Part shown: in pieces, positions 9,611 through 19,898 of the stretch
How the letters are laid out: each line of letters starts with the position of its first letter
Position numbering within the stretch: position 1 is the first letter of the stretch
Assembly: GCA_013044245.1 (NCBI GenBank)
Contig: JABEVK010000020.1
Coordinates: 2,209 to 66,208 of the forward strand
Reading direction: 5' to 3'
DNA from: Spirochaetales bacterium
GTDB lineage: Bacteria; Spirochaetota; Spirochaetia; JABEVK01
Length of the DNA stretch: 64,000 bases
Program-made: the position numbers and the translations under genes
The notes under the pieces: generated by a model
What the model was told of the DNA's origin: nothing
Seen by the model: only the letters and a program-made list of their open reading frames with translations
The model's database searches: none

Positions 9611-10527
9611 TGTCTTGGGATACGTGGCGCGAAGCTCAGTACCACAAAAGAGCACAAATCAGCTGGGGAATTTCCTTAGGCGCAGTTCTCGTCACGGTGT
9701 TTGCCCTGTGGTTTGCAGGGCTCAACCACCTCATTCGTCTTAGTGATACCCAAGGCGACGCTATCGCCGTCAAGTTGGGTTCTCCCGACGGTGAAAATGT
9801 TCCGTTGAAGGTCAATCCGATTCCTGACCCTGCCTTTGTTCCGGAACAATCGGTTTCGTCGGTGTCTGAGGCCGTTTCGCAACCACCCCTGCCCAAGGCA
9901 CAAACCTCAAAAGTGACGTCAAGCAAAACTCAAACACCTTCTGAACCCAAGAAGGTTCAAACTCCGCCTCAGCCCCAGCAACAGGTTCGTGTCGTCAAAG
10001 GCAGTGAAACCGGCAATTCGATGGAAACTATCTTTCAGGGAGGGGCCGGGCACGTCGGACGAAGTCTGTATGTGCCAATTTACCTGTATATGCCGCTTCC
10101 CACGAGGCTTTCGCCTTCTTTGATTGCCAAGATTCCTGATAGTCAAGATGGTTTTGAAACCGCCCAACAACGCAAAGATGAGCTTTTGGCCTTTTATCGG
10201 CGCGAAGGGGGCCTTTGGCGTTTGACTGCTCAACCTCCTTTTGAGAGTAGGCCGCGATTGTGGCTGAGCCTCCAGGATGCTGGCTACAACTTAGCAGATG
10301 CCGAGTACAAACGAGGGAATACCCTTACTCCTGTTACTCTTAGTTTTACGCTGTCGGCGCCTCACAATGGTCAACCGCCTGTTCTCCTTAAGGTGACTCT
10401 TGACCGTTCCAGTGGAAACTCCGAGGTCGATGCCGCCGTACTCTATGGCTTTAGGATGTCGGCGTTTGCCAATGGGACCGGTAAAGATGCCCAAGGTTTG
10501 TTCACCTATGACTTTGACGAGAAGTAA
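9610..10527 (+). CDS. TonB/TolA-like energy-transducer candidate (N-terminal TM anchor, Pro/Gln/Lys-rich spacer, C-terminal beta-rich domain)
   Basis: TM ISWGISLGAVLVTVFALWFAGL; spacer PLPKAQTSKVTSSKTQTPSEPKKVQTPPQPQQQ. Positioned third after exbB-exbD with a TGATG overlap. C-terminal domain similarity to TonB is not verified. Confidence 0.45.
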   Translation: MSWDTWREAQYHKRAQISWGISLGAVLVTVFALWFAGLNHLIRLSDTQGDAIAVKLGSPDGENVPLKVNPIPDPAFVPEQSVSSVSEAVSQPPLPKAQTSKVTSSKTQTPSEPKKVQTPPQPQQQVRVVKGSETGNSMETIFQGGAGHVGRSLYVPIYLYMPLPTRLSPSLIAKIPDSQDGFETAQQRKDELLAFYRREGGLWRLTAQPPFESRPRLWLSLQDAGYNLADAEYKRGNTLTPVTLSFTLSAPHNGQPPVLLKVTLDRSSGNSEVDAAVLYGFRMSAFANGTGKDAQGLFTYDFDEK

Positions 10528-10566
10528 ACTCGTGTTATATTCCGTCGCATGAATGTCAGGAATCAC

Positions 10567-11763
10567 ATGAAAAAAAATCTTTTACTGGTGGCCTTTTTCG
10601 CTGGCGTCTTGGGTGCTCCGTTGTGGGGTGCTAGCAAGTGGGAAGTGATTCCCAGTGTGCATACTTGGGGCGGTGAGCTCGATGTTGGCTGGCGTCCGGT
10701 TAGCTTAATTCCCGGCCGGCAAACTACCTTTTGGGTAGGGGGAGCCGGGATTTTACAATTTTGGTCGTATTTTCATGATCCCGCGACGGGTCAGGCGCTT
10801 TTGTCGCCTAACTCTTCAGACGCCTCGGTTACTCAGCTTTTGGGTCAGTGGTTTGCTGGAGCTACCCAGGGTCTTGTCGCTCACTTGGCCGACAAAGGCT
10901 ACGGTGGTCAGCCCTGGGCTAGCCCCGATTTAATTGAGCTTTATGGTTTGTATCGTGGTACGGTCTGGGGTACTCTCGCCTCGGGGTCGTATTTAGCCAC
11001 CTCGTCCCAGCCAGACAAAAATGGTTACGTGCAAACGGCGTTTTTGGGGGGGGTGGACCTCAATATGCTGACGAAAACCAACAGCCATAATTTGCGGCAA
11101 GGGTTTATGGCCGAAGCCGCATGGGCAACGGCTCCTCGGGGTATTCAATCGGTGGATGTGGATTACAACCGTTTTACGGGAACCGTAAAAGGTTTTTTTC
11201 CGCTGTGGGACAGCGATCCTCTCCGTAAAGACAATCAGTTTAGCGTGGAGGGCGGGTTAGCGCTCGCTTGGGACCATTTGTGGGGTCACCGGATTCCTTC
11301 AGAAGAACTTCAGCTCATCGGCGGTCGCGCTCTGGGAGGGTTTACAGGGTGGGTGCAGGGGGTCGGTGGTCAAGTTCGTGGTCCTGACCAGGGAACATTC
11401 GATGGAACCGATAAGTTTATTGGAAACGTGGAATTGCGCTTCAACCTACCGGGTTTGGAACTGCCTTGGTTGGCTCAGGATTATTTTGGCCTGCCCACCA
11501 AGAGCCTTTTTGAAGGTCAAGTAATCCCCGGGTTTATCACGTTTTATGATTATGGGTATTGGAACGGCTTGTCGGGCTATACTGACGGCTATGTCGAATC
11601 TGAGGGCCTAGGGGTCTTCTGTAAGTTCTGGGACTTGGGGACGGTGGCCGCTTATGTCGAACGCTGGCAAGCGTACTGGGGAAATATTGGCCAAAACGGG
11701 ATCGGAACTCCCTTTGAAAGTCAGAATTTCGCCTATACGTTGAGCTTAGGACTGCAGTTCTAG
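10567..11763 (+). CDS. Outer-membrane beta-barrel protein, possibly a POTRA-less Omp85/surface-antigen-like barrel
   Basis: Signal peptide MKKNLLLVAFFAGVLGAPLWGA; C-terminus ...FAYTLSLGLQF (terminal Phe); LIGGRALGGF and FYDYGYW segments reminiscent of Omp85 loop-6 and terminal strands. Start set at ATG 10567. Confidence 0.45.
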   Translation: MKKNLLLVAFFAGVLGAPLWGASKWEVIPSVHTWGGELDVGWRPVSLIPGRQTTFWVGGAGILQFWSYFHDPATGQALLSPNSSDASVTQLLGQWFAGATQGLVAHLADKGYGGQPWASPDLIELYGLYRGTVWGTLASGSYLATSSQPDKNGYVQTAFLGGVDLNMLTKTNSHNLRQGFMAEAAWATAPRGIQSVDVDYNRFTGTVKGFFPLWDSDPLRKDNQFSVEGGLALAWDHLWGHRIPSEELQLIGGRALGGFTGWVQGVGGQVRGPDQGTFDGTDKFIGNVELRFNLPGLELPWLAQDYFGLPTKSLFEGQVIPGFITFYDYGYWNGLSGYTDGYVESEGLGVFCKFWDLGTVAAYVERWQAYWGNIGQNGIGTPFESQNFAYTLSLGLQF

Positions 11764-12249
11764 CTGTTCAAGCCGGAGTGTGGCCCGTGCCTCTCCGGCA
11801 GAATCACCGAGCACTTGGCAAACATCACGCAGGTTGAGCCAGCCATTTTCACTGTCGGGGTTTAACGCTACCGCGCGTTCAAACCGCTCTCTCGCCAAGG
11901 GGTAATCTTCGCGAATGAACGCTGTCACACCCCAGTTATTCCAGGCACGAAAAAATTCAGGCTCAAGCTCAATGGCCTTTTGATAGTACCGTTCGGCGGC
12001 CGAAAGACGGCCTTGCTCGTCGTAAATCAGTCCAATTTCGTTCCAGATTTCTGCTTTTTCAGGGGCCATCGTCAGGCTGTTTTCGAAGGCCTCAAGAGCT
12101 AACAAAAGGTGACCGGCACGTTTTTCTAACAACCCCAGGTTAAAATAAGTCAATGCTTCGGGTTTTTCACGAAGTCTTTCGTTGAGTTCTTGAATTTCTT
12201 CGTCATTCAGGTTGTTATCAAGATCCTCGAGGTTGGGCCAGTCCTGCAT
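11746..12249 (-). CDS. TPR-repeat protein
   Basis: 167 aa. Repeated A..Y..A/G..P..A helical-hairpin pattern (WNEIGLIYDEQGRLSAAERYYQKAIELEP; FRAWNNWGVTAF...ARERFERAVALNP). Confidence 0.7.
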   Translation of the reverse strand: MQDWPNLEDLDNNLNDEEIQELNERLREKPEALTYFNLGLLEKRAGHLLLALEAFENSLTMAPEKAEIWNEIGLIYDEQGRLSAAERYYQKAIELEPEFFRAWNNWGVTAFIREDYPLARERFERAVALNPDSENGWLNLRDVCQVLGDSAGEARATLRLEQLELQS

Positions 12250-12312
12250 AGACAGTGATTGTAGTCCGTTTTGGGACTGTGATACAATTCCTGATGTTCA
12301 CGAGGTGTGACA

Positions 12313-12993
12313 ATGTCAGAAGGACGGATCCTCGTTGTCGAAGACGAGGCTAAGATTGCCAATTTTATTCAAAAGGGTCTCAGAGAAGAAGGCTATACCG
12401 TTGAGGTGGCCTCGGATGGTGAGCAAGGTTTACGCCGGGTCCTTGCCGAACCATTTGACTTGATGGTGCTGGATTTGACGTTACCGGAAATGGATGGCCT
12501 TGAGGTTTGTCGTACCGTGCGCGACAAAGGCTTGCTCTTGCCTGTGGTGATGCTCACTGCTCGCGATGGCGTCGAGGACAAGGTCCGTGGCCTTGATATT
12601 GGTGCGGACGATTACGTCACCAAACCCTTTGAATTTGAGGAATTTTTGGCCCGTGTGCGTTCCCACCTTAGAAAGTCCCGCCAAAGTTCCCAAACGGTAC
12701 TCCATATCGCCGATCTGGTGTTGGATACGCGTTCCAGACGCGTGGAACGGGGGGGACGGCTGATTGAACTTTCGTTAAAAGAGATGTCTCTGCTTCAGTT
12801 TCTTATGGAACACCAGGGAGAAGTCTTGTCCCGGCTCGAAATCAGTGAACGGGTTTGGGATATCCATTTTGATACCACCACCAATGTGATTGATGTTCAC
12901 ATTAACCGTCTTCGTAAAAAAGTCGATTATGGGTACACTCCTCAGCTCATCCATACGGTGCGCGGTGCCGGTTATATGCTTAAAGAAGAATGA
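12313..12993 (+). CDS. OmpR-family two-component response regulator
   Basis: ILVVEDE...DLMVLDLTLP receiver domain (D at the phospho-acceptor position); C-terminal winged-helix LRKKVDYGY...IHTVRGAGY. GAGG RBS 7 nt before ATG 12313. Confidence 0.85.
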   Translation: MSEGRILVVEDEAKIANFIQKGLREEGYTVEVASDGEQGLRRVLAEPFDLMVLDLTLPEMDGLEVCRTVRDKGLLLPVVMLTARDGVEDKVRGLDIGADDYVTKPFEFEEFLARVRSHLRKSRQSSQTVLHIADLVLDTRSRRVERGGRLIELSLKEMSLLQFLMEHQGEVLSRLEISERVWDIHFDTTTNVIDVHINRLRKKVDYGYTPQLIHTVRGAGYMLKEE

Positions 12994-14471
12994 GTTTTTA
13001 TCAAAATAAAAGCATTCGTTTCATTTTAACCTTTCAGCTGACGCTGTTTTTGTTTGTCGTCTTAACACTGTTTGCGATTCTCATCCTTCAGCGCTTTCAA
13101 ACCAATCTTGATAGTGATGCCGATGTGCTTTTGACTTCGAAGATTGAAGGCCTTGAAGACTCGATCAATATCTACTGGGATGTCTACCGGCGGACTAGGG
13201 CCGCCGAAGAGAACTTTGCTCAGGTGGCCAGGGACTGGGTCGCAACGGGGTCTAGTAACAGTTTGATGAACGGGTTGCTCGTACGCATCTATCGGCCTGA
13301 TGGTGGCTTGGTCGCCGACAATCGCCGCGACCTTAATGATTTTCATTTTTCAAAAGAGCTCCTCAAAAAGATTCGTAAACAAAAACTCGTTTTTGAAAAC
13401 ACTTCGATCACGAACTTTATAGGGTTCGAGATCCGGTTTCGCAGTTGCTTTTTGTACGTCGAGTCGCGATGGCAACACTACATCCTTCAGACAGCCCTAG
13501 AAACCAAAAAAATTGAGCAACCTTTAGGACAGCTCCAGCTCGCGGTGATTTTGCTCTTACCGTTGTTTTTGCTCATCTCAGCCTTTTTTGAGTGGCTTTT
13601 AATTCGGCGTGCGTTGAACTCTCTCTTGAGTTTTATGGACAACGTCCGTGGTCTCGATATTGTGCATGTTAGGCAACCTTTTCATCCCGATCAATTTTCT
13701 GAAACTGAAATTCAAGAAATGGCCAAGGCGTTCAACACGCTATTGGCACGCATTGATGCGGCTTTTGATCAGCAAAGACGAGTTTTTGAGGATCTTTCTC
13801 ACCAGATGAAAACCCCGTTGGCCGTCATGCGTGGCGAGCTCGAGGTTGCGTTAAAAAAACAGCGCGCTCTGGCCGAATATCGCGAGATTCTTGCCTCGAA
13901 CCTCGAAGAAACAGAACGAATGTCCGCCATTGTCGAGAACCTTCTCAAATTAGCCCGCTTTGACGCACAAGAACTACAACTGGAAATTTCAGAGTTCAAC
14001 CTGGCGGAGGTTTTATCGGAGGTTGTGGCACAGCTTGAGAAGCTCGCTGATTCGCGTCACCTGAGTTTGGTTTTCGAGTGTCCCACTCTGCTCATGATCA
14101 GCGCTGATCGATTTAAGCTTCAGCAGGCGGTGTTCAACCTTGTCGATAACGCTATCAAGTACGCACGTCCCCGAACTGAAGTTCTGGTACGGGCGGTCGC
14201 GGACAGTATGGTGACCATCACGGTTCACGATGTTGGTTCTGTAATCCCTGCCGAAGAAACCGACCAGGTTTTTGAGAGGTTTTGGCGCTCAAAATCGACC
14301 ATGAAGGAAAAAGGTTATGGCCTGGGCCTTTCGATTGTCAAAGCCCTAATCGAAATGCATGGCGGCACGGTTTCGGTATCAAGTTCCGAGTCAAAAGGAA
14401 CGACCTTTACCTTAACGCTACCCCGTTCAAAAGACACTCTGCCCTGCCCAAAAGAGAATGTGTCGCATTGA
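12990..14471 (+). CDS. Sensor histidine kinase (two TM segments, HisKA, HATPase_c)
   Basis: H-box LSHQMKTPLAVMRGELE; N-box and G-boxes (LVDNAIKYA; GYGLGLSIVKALIEMHGG). Overlaps the response-regulator stop (ATGA). Confidence 0.85.
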   Translation: MSFYQNKSIRFILTFQLTLFLFVVLTLFAILILQRFQTNLDSDADVLLTSKIEGLEDSINIYWDVYRRTRAAEENFAQVARDWVATGSSNSLMNGLLVRIYRPDGGLVADNRRDLNDFHFSKELLKKIRKQKLVFENTSITNFIGFEIRFRSCFLYVESRWQHYILQTALETKKIEQPLGQLQLAVILLLPLFLLISAFFEWLLIRRALNSLLSFMDNVRGLDIVHVRQPFHPDQFSETEIQEMAKAFNTLLARIDAAFDQQRRVFEDLSHQMKTPLAVMRGELEVALKKQRALAEYREILASNLEETERMSAIVENLLKLARFDAQELQLEISEFNLAEVLSEVVAQLEKLADSRHLSLVFECPTLLMISADRFKLQQAVFNLVDNAIKYARPRTEVLVRAVADSMVTITVHDVGSVIPAEETDQVFERFWRSKSTMKEKGYGLGLSIVKALIEMHGGTVSVSSSESKGTTFTLTLPRSKDTLPCPKENVSH

Positions 14472-14505
14472 CCCCCAATCAAACGCTCGGCTAAAATAGT
14501 TTTCT

Positions 14506-16944
14506 ATGAGCAAGTATCCCTATGAAACCATTGAACCAAAGTGGCAGAGCTTTTGGGCTAAAAATAAAACTTTCCGGGCGGTAGAGGATCCTTCGGTTCC
14601 TCAGGACCGTCGGCTTTATGTTTTGGACATGTTCCCTTACCCTTCGGGAGCCGGTCTGCACGTTGGCCACCCCGAAGGTTATACTGCCACCGATATCTGG
14701 TGCCGCTTGCGTCGTCACCAGGGGTACAATGTTCTTCACCCTATGGGTTTTGATAGTTTTGGTTTGCCTGCTGAAAATTATGCGATCAAAACAGGAACCC
14801 ACCCTGAAGCAACCACAGTAGAGAATATTAATCGCTTCCGCCAGCAGATACAAAGCCTAGGTTTTTCGTACGACTGGGACCGTGAAGTCTCGACCCACAC
14901 CCCTGAATACTACCGCTGGACCCAGTGGATCTTTCTTCAACTGTTTAAAAAAGGGCTGGCCTACGAAGCCTTGATGCCCATTAACTGGTGCCCCAGCTGT
15001 CAAACGGGGTTGGCCAATGAAGAGGTCGTGGACGGAAAATGCGACCGCTGCGGAACGGTGGTCGAGCGTCGCAACCTGCGGCAGTGGGTACTCAAGATTA
15101 CCGCCTATGCTGACCGCTTAGAGAAAGATCTCGATCTTTTAGACTGGAGCGAGAGCATCAAAACCATGCAAAGGAACTGGATAGGCCGCTCAGAAGGCGC
15201 GGACGTTTTGTTCGAAGTCGAAAATCTTCGTGACGAGACGGGTAAACCCCTTTCCTTTTGGATCTTTACAACCCGCCCTGACACCCTTTATGGGGTGACC
15301 TACATGGTATTGGCTCCTGACCATGCGCTGGTTGACAAGATAACAACACCTGAACAGCGTCAGGCAGTGCGCGACTACCAAGAGCAGGCTCGTCGCAAGA
15401 GCGACCTTGAGCGGACAGACCTGGCCAAAGAGAAAACGGGTGTCTTTACTGGTGTCTATGCGATCAACCCGGTAAATGGTAAGCGTGTTCCCATTTGGAT
15501 TTCTGATTATGTTTTAGCCGGTTACGGCTTTGGTGCGATCATGGCTGTTCCTGCTCATGATACTCGGGACTGGGCGTTTGCCCGTCAGTTTGGGCTTGAG
15601 GTCATTCCTGTGATTTCACCCAGTGGCAAGCCCGAGTCTCTAACGGAATGTTATACAGGTCCCGGTGTGATGGTGAACTCTCAGGAGTTTGACGGCCAAC
15701 CCAGCGAAAAGGTCAAGAAAGCTGTAACGGCAAAGCTCGAAAAAGAGGGGAGGGGGCGTCTTTCGGTCAATTACAAACTGCGTGACTGGATCTTTAGTCG
15801 TCAGCGGTATTGGGGCGAACCCATCCCCGTTGTTCACTGCCCTGAACACGGCATTGTGCCTCTATCGGAAAGTGAACTTCCGCTTCGTTTACCCGAAGTG
15901 AAAAGTTACGCACCGACGGGAACCGGCGAAAGCCCTCTGGCCGCGATAGATAACTGGGTCAATACGAGCTGTCCGGTGTGTGGTAAACCTGCCAAGCGCG
16001 AGACCAACACCATGCCTCAATGGGCCGGTTCCTGCTGGTATTACTTACGCTACCTCGACCCCAAGAATACAGACGTCTTTGCCGACCCTAACAAAATTGC
16101 CTACTGGATGCCGGTTGATCTTTATGTCGGCGGGGCTGAGCACGCCGTCTTACACCTTTTGTATGCCCGTTTCTGGCACAAGGTCTTGTTTGACCTGGGG
16201 CTGGTGACTACTCCTGAGCCGTTCCAACGGCTGGTTAACCAGGGGATGATTCTGGGCGAGAACGGCCAAAAGATGTCTAAAAGTACTGGCAACGTCGTGA
16301 ATCCCGATGAGATTGTTCGAGAATACGGTGCCGATACCTTGCGGGTGTACGAGATGTTCATGGGGCCCCTGCAAGATTCAAAACCGTGGAACACCAACGG
16401 GGTGGCGGGTGCCTCAAGGTTTTTAAACCGAGTATGGCGCCTGGGCGAATCGTCCTTTTCTGACGAAGCCCCTACCAAGACTCAACTCAAGGTCTTGCAC
16501 AAAACCATCAAAAAAGTTACCCAAGACACCGAGAACTTAAGCTTTAACACCGCTATTAGCGCGATGATGGTCTTTTTGAACGAAGCGGACAGTTTTACGT
16601 CTTTTCCCCGTTCCCTTTGGCGGACGTTTGTGATTCTTGTTTCGCCCTACGCCCCACATTTAGCCGAGGAACTCTGGGAAAAGTTGGGTGAAAAACCCAG
16701 TGTTTCGCACGAGGCTTGGCCGGTGTGGGATGAGGCCCTTTGCCAGGATGACGAGATCGAAATGGTTTTTCAAATTAACGGCAAGATTCGTTCCCGCCTG
16801 ACCGTTCCTGCCGGGTTAACCCCAGCCCAGATGGAAGAACTTGCAAGACGGGATTCTCGGATCACGGCGCTGACCGAAGGGAAGACAGTCGTTAAGATTA
16901 TTACAGTTCCCAACAAGCTTGTTAATATTGTTGTACAAGGCTAA
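14506..16944 (+). CDS. leuS: Leucyl-tRNA synthetase
   Basis: 812 aa; HIGH-type motif HVGHPEGY; KMSKS motif; overall class I LeuS layout. Confidence 0.93.
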   Translation: MSKYPYETIEPKWQSFWAKNKTFRAVEDPSVPQDRRLYVLDMFPYPSGAGLHVGHPEGYTATDIWCRLRRHQGYNVLHPMGFDSFGLPAENYAIKTGTHPEATTVENINRFRQQIQSLGFSYDWDREVSTHTPEYYRWTQWIFLQLFKKGLAYEALMPINWCPSCQTGLANEEVVDGKCDRCGTVVERRNLRQWVLKITAYADRLEKDLDLLDWSESIKTMQRNWIGRSEGADVLFEVENLRDETGKPLSFWIFTTRPDTLYGVTYMVLAPDHALVDKITTPEQRQAVRDYQEQARRKSDLERTDLAKEKTGVFTGVYAINPVNGKRVPIWISDYVLAGYGFGAIMAVPAHDTRDWAFARQFGLEVIPVISPSGKPESLTECYTGPGVMVNSQEFDGQPSEKVKKAVTAKLEKEGRGRLSVNYKLRDWIFSRQRYWGEPIPVVHCPEHGIVPLSESELPLRLPEVKSYAPTGTGESPLAAIDNWVNTSCPVCGKPAKRETNTMPQWAGSCWYYLRYLDPKNTDVFADPNKIAYWMPVDLYVGGAEHAVLHLLYARFWHKVLFDLGLVTTPEPFQRLVNQGMILGENGQKMSKSTGNVVNPDEIVREYGADTLRVYEMFMGPLQDSKPWNTNGVAGASRFLNRVWRLGESSFSDEAPTKTQLKVLHKTIKKVTQDTENLSFNTAISAMMVFLNEADSFTSFPRSLWRTFVILVSPYAPHLAEELWEKLGEKPSVSHEAWPVWDEALCQDDEIEMVFQINGKIRSRLTVPAGLTPAQMEELARRDSRITALTEGKTVVKIITVPNKLVNIVVQG

Positions 16945-16974
16945 AAAAAGCCGATAAGAGAAGGGGGGTCGTTT

Positions 16975-18390
16975 GTGTCAGAAATTTCGCATTCTCAACG
17001 TCATCAAAAGTTGATTGAGGCGACCAAGCGCATCATGACCGAGCTTGATCTTACCTCCCTTCTTCAAACTCTTATCGACGAAACTTGCTCGGTCGTTGGT
17101 GCTGAGCGAAGCACCTTGTTTCTTATCGATGCAGATCGGGGACAACTATACTCCAAGGTTTTTTTGGGGTCTGGTATTCAAGAGATCCGCTTTGCCGTGG
17201 ACCGGGGCTTGGCAGGGTATGTGGCCCGTACGGGTGAAATTGTGAATATTGCCGACGCCTACGCCGATCCCAGGTTTAACCGAGAGATTGACCAGCAGAC
17301 TGGTTTTCATACGCAGGCTTTGTTAACCATGCCCATCCGGAACAAAGATGCGCACATCATCGGGGTAGTCCAGGTTTTGAATAAAGTGGGGGGCGGTGAG
17401 TTTACAGCCAATGATGTCGATGAGCTAGAAGCCTTTAGCTCACTCATGGCGATCAGCATTGAAAACGCTTTAGCCTACGAAAAGCTCCACCGAACGATGA
17501 AAGCCTTTGAGCTTTTTGTCCCTCACAAGTACCTAAAACGCATTACCAGGGACGGGGTCGAAAGAATCCGTTTGGGTGAAGCGGAAACCTGTGAAGCGAG
17601 TGTGCTTTTTTTAGATATTCGGTCATTTACCACTTTGGCCGAAGGCTTGGAGCCGCAAGAGATCACAGGCTTTTTGAATGACTACTTGGCCGAGATGAAC
17701 GACATCGTTCAATCGCACAATGGTGCCATCGATAAGTACCTGGGCGACGGGTTTATGGCGATTTTTGATCATAAGCACGCAGACGACGCGGTGCAAGCCG
17801 CCCTGGACATTCAACGACACCTGATTCGTTTCAATAAATCTCGCCGGGCAGCAGGTCAAAAAGAAATTTTAGTGGGCATGGGAATATCGAGTGGCTTTGT
17901 TGTGATCGGCACCGTCGGCTCTGTTTCGCGAATGGATTCAACCAGTATTGGTAACCCGGTTTCTGTCGCTAAGCGTGTCGAGACGCTCACTAAACTTTAC
18001 CACACCCGCATCTTGATCAGTCAATCGACCTTTCATGCTTTAGAGGACGCCGGTCAGTACAAAATTCGTGAAGTTGATTCAATTCGGGTTAAGGGACGCG
18101 AAACCCCGGAAGTCATCTACGAGGTATACGACTTCGATGACACGGCTACGGTGGCGAACAAAGATAATGCTTACCCGTTCTTGTTGTCGGGGATTGCCTT
18201 TTACAAAGCCCGCGAGTGGGACAAAGCGCTTTTGTCGTTGACTCGCAGTCTTGACTCCTATCCGGATGACCCGGTGGCGGCGCGGTACATGGAACGTTGT
18301 ATCTTTTTTAAACGTAACCCACCCGAGGCAAACTGGGATGGTATCGTCTCGCCTGACCAAGAGAACTTTTTGGTCTACCGGGTGATGTAA
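16975..18390 (+). CDS. GAF-domain class III adenylate/guanylate cyclase with a C-terminal TPR-like extension
   Basis: N-terminal GAF region (residues ~20-165); cyclase core FLDIRSFTTLAE...DKYLGDGFMAIF...GIGISSGFVVIGTVGS. GTG start with a GGGGGG RBS. Confidence 0.8.
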   Translation: MSEISHSQRHQKLIEATKRIMTELDLTSLLQTLIDETCSVVGAERSTLFLIDADRGQLYSKVFLGSGIQEIRFAVDRGLAGYVARTGEIVNIADAYADPRFNREIDQQTGFHTQALLTMPIRNKDAHIIGVVQVLNKVGGGEFTANDVDELEAFSSLMAISIENALAYEKLHRTMKAFELFVPHKYLKRITRDGVERIRLGEAETCEASVLFLDIRSFTTLAEGLEPQEITGFLNDYLAEMNDIVQSHNGAIDKYLGDGFMAIFDHKHADDAVQAALDIQRHLIRFNKSRRAAGQKEILVGMGISSGFVVIGTVGSVSRMDSTSIGNPVSVAKRVETLTKLYHTRILISQSTFHALEDAGQYKIREVDSIRVKGRETPEVIYEVYDFDDTATVANKDNAYPFLLSGIAFYKAREWDKALLSLTRSLDSYPDDPVAARYMERCIFFKRNPPEANWDGIVSPDQENFLVYRVM

Positions 18391-18425
18391 GAGCAGAGAT
18401 AGAACACGGGGGATAGAACATATCT

Positions 18426-19073
18426 ATGGACAGCTTGGGTTCGGGTTTACCGGTCGCGTTGTCTGGGTTAGGGCGGCGGCGTCAACTTGGGGCCGGAATG
18501 ATTTTGTTTCTTCAAGATGACCCCGCCGCTTATTGCTTTTTTGTCGAAGCCGGTGAGCTTTCGTTGCGTTTGTTGTCTCCGTCGGGTCATGAGGTGGAAC
18601 TAACGAAAATTGAAGCCGGTGATTGGTGTGCCGAAGCCCTGTTATTTGCCGAAAGTACGTATCCAGCTCAGGCCGTCGTTACCAAAGACTGTAGGTTGGT
18701 GCAGATTCACCGCGATGAAATTTTAAAAAATACCAACAGTGAAGTGACTGCTTTCTTTTTGAGACTTTTGGCCTACAAATGTTTAAGGCTCAATAAACGT
18801 ATCGAGCAATTAACCATCCTTGGGGCTCGCGAGCGCATCGTTCAATATATTCTTGGTTTGTGCCCTGCCCATAACGATGGCTGTCCGGGCAAACTTTCGC
18901 ACTGCCGCTTTCCCTTTCCGAAAAAGAAACTGGAAATTGCTCAGGAGCTGGGGATGACTCCCGAGACGCTTTCACGCATTTTTCGTCAGCTTGAAGGTGA
19001 AAACCTCATCGAGATCGAGGGGGCTACGCTTGGGGTGGTTTCGTGTGCGCGGCTTCGGCAGTCACAACAATAA
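18426..19073 (+). CDS. Crp/Fnr-family transcriptional regulator (cNMP-binding domain plus C-terminal HTH)
   Basis: 215 aa; beta-roll region GAGMILF.QDDPAAYCFFVEAGELSL; HTH LEIAQELGMTPETLSRIFRQLEGENLIEI. Confidence 0.8.
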   Translation: MDSLGSGLPVALSGLGRRRQLGAGMILFLQDDPAAYCFFVEAGELSLRLLSPSGHEVELTKIEAGDWCAEALLFAESTYPAQAVVTKDCRLVQIHRDEILKNTNSEVTAFFLRLLAYKCLRLNKRIEQLTILGARERIVQYILGLCPAHNDGCPGKLSHCRFPFPKKKLEIAQELGMTPETLSRIFRQLEGENLIEIEGATLGVVSCARLRQSQQ

Positions 19074-19131
19074 AAAAAAAAGCCAGCACCCGCATAGTGG
19101 CGCAAAACATTTCAGAACTTTTTGCGGCTTC

Positions 19132-19145
19132 TTGATCATGGTCAA
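19132..19145 (+). promoter_or_regulatory. FNR/CRP-type box TTGAT-CATG-GTCAA centred ~61 bp upstream of the hemerythrin-like ATG
   Basis: Inverted TTGAT/TTGAC half-sites with a 4-bp spacer. Immediately downstream of the crp/fnr-like gene. Confidence 0.4.
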
Positions 19146-19199
19146 GGAAATCCTTCGGAAAGGCCATTAAGCTGACCGTGTATCGAAACGGAGGAGCTT

Positions 19200-19814
19200 A
19201 TGGACGTTACCAAAAAACTGATGCAAGAGCATCAGCTGATATTACGCTACATTGCCTTGATCGGGCGAATGGCTGCCACGTGGGAGCCTGGCGTCAACGA
19301 TGACGAATATTTTTCTACTTTACGACAGATTGTTGATTTTATCAAAACCTACGCTGATCATTTCCATCACGCCAAAGAAGAAGATATTCTTTTTCGTCAT
19401 CTTGAAGGTCCCGGGGTGCTGACACACTGCAATCCTATTCCTGTTATGCTCTTTGATCACGAAGAAGGGCGCACTCTGACGGCGCGGTTACTCGAAGCCA
19501 TCGAGACTCAAAACCGAAACGACGCGCTTGCCTACGCCCAAGGATGGGGAGAACACCTGACCGGGCACATTTATAAAGAGGATAATGTTTTGTATCCCAT
19601 GGCCGAAGAGGGTTTATCTGACTTTGAAAAGTCGGTAGTTCTTCAGGAATATCAGGCGGCCGAAGAATCGCAAAAGGCAGGGTTAGAGGCCTTTTACGAA
19701 AAGCTTTTAACCGATTTAGAGAGCCAGCAAAAACTGTTGATGCGCGCGCAAGGCCCTGTCGATTCCAGGCCACCTTTGGTTCAGCTACACCGCGGTTGGC
19801 TTCCCAAAGTTTGA
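19200..19814 (+). CDS. Hemerythrin HHE cation-binding domain protein
   Basis: H..xxxE motifs: HFHHAKEEDILF, FDHEEGRTL, HIYKEDNVLYP. GGAGGAG RBS. Confidence 0.7.
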   Translation: MDVTKKLMQEHQLILRYIALIGRMAATWEPGVNDDEYFSTLRQIVDFIKTYADHFHHAKEEDILFRHLEGPGVLTHCNPIPVMLFDHEEGRTLTARLLEAIETQNRNDALAYAQGWGEHLTGHIYKEDNVLYPMAEEGLSDFEKSVVLQEYQAAEESQKAGLEAFYEKLLTDLESQQKLLMRAQGPVDSRPPLVQLHRGWLPKV

Positions 19815-19898
19815 CCAACGCATCTTGGACTAAGCCCTCGGCTTCGGTATTACGCCAGTGGACCAGGTGAGCCGGTGGACCAGGCAAATTATTGCCTT

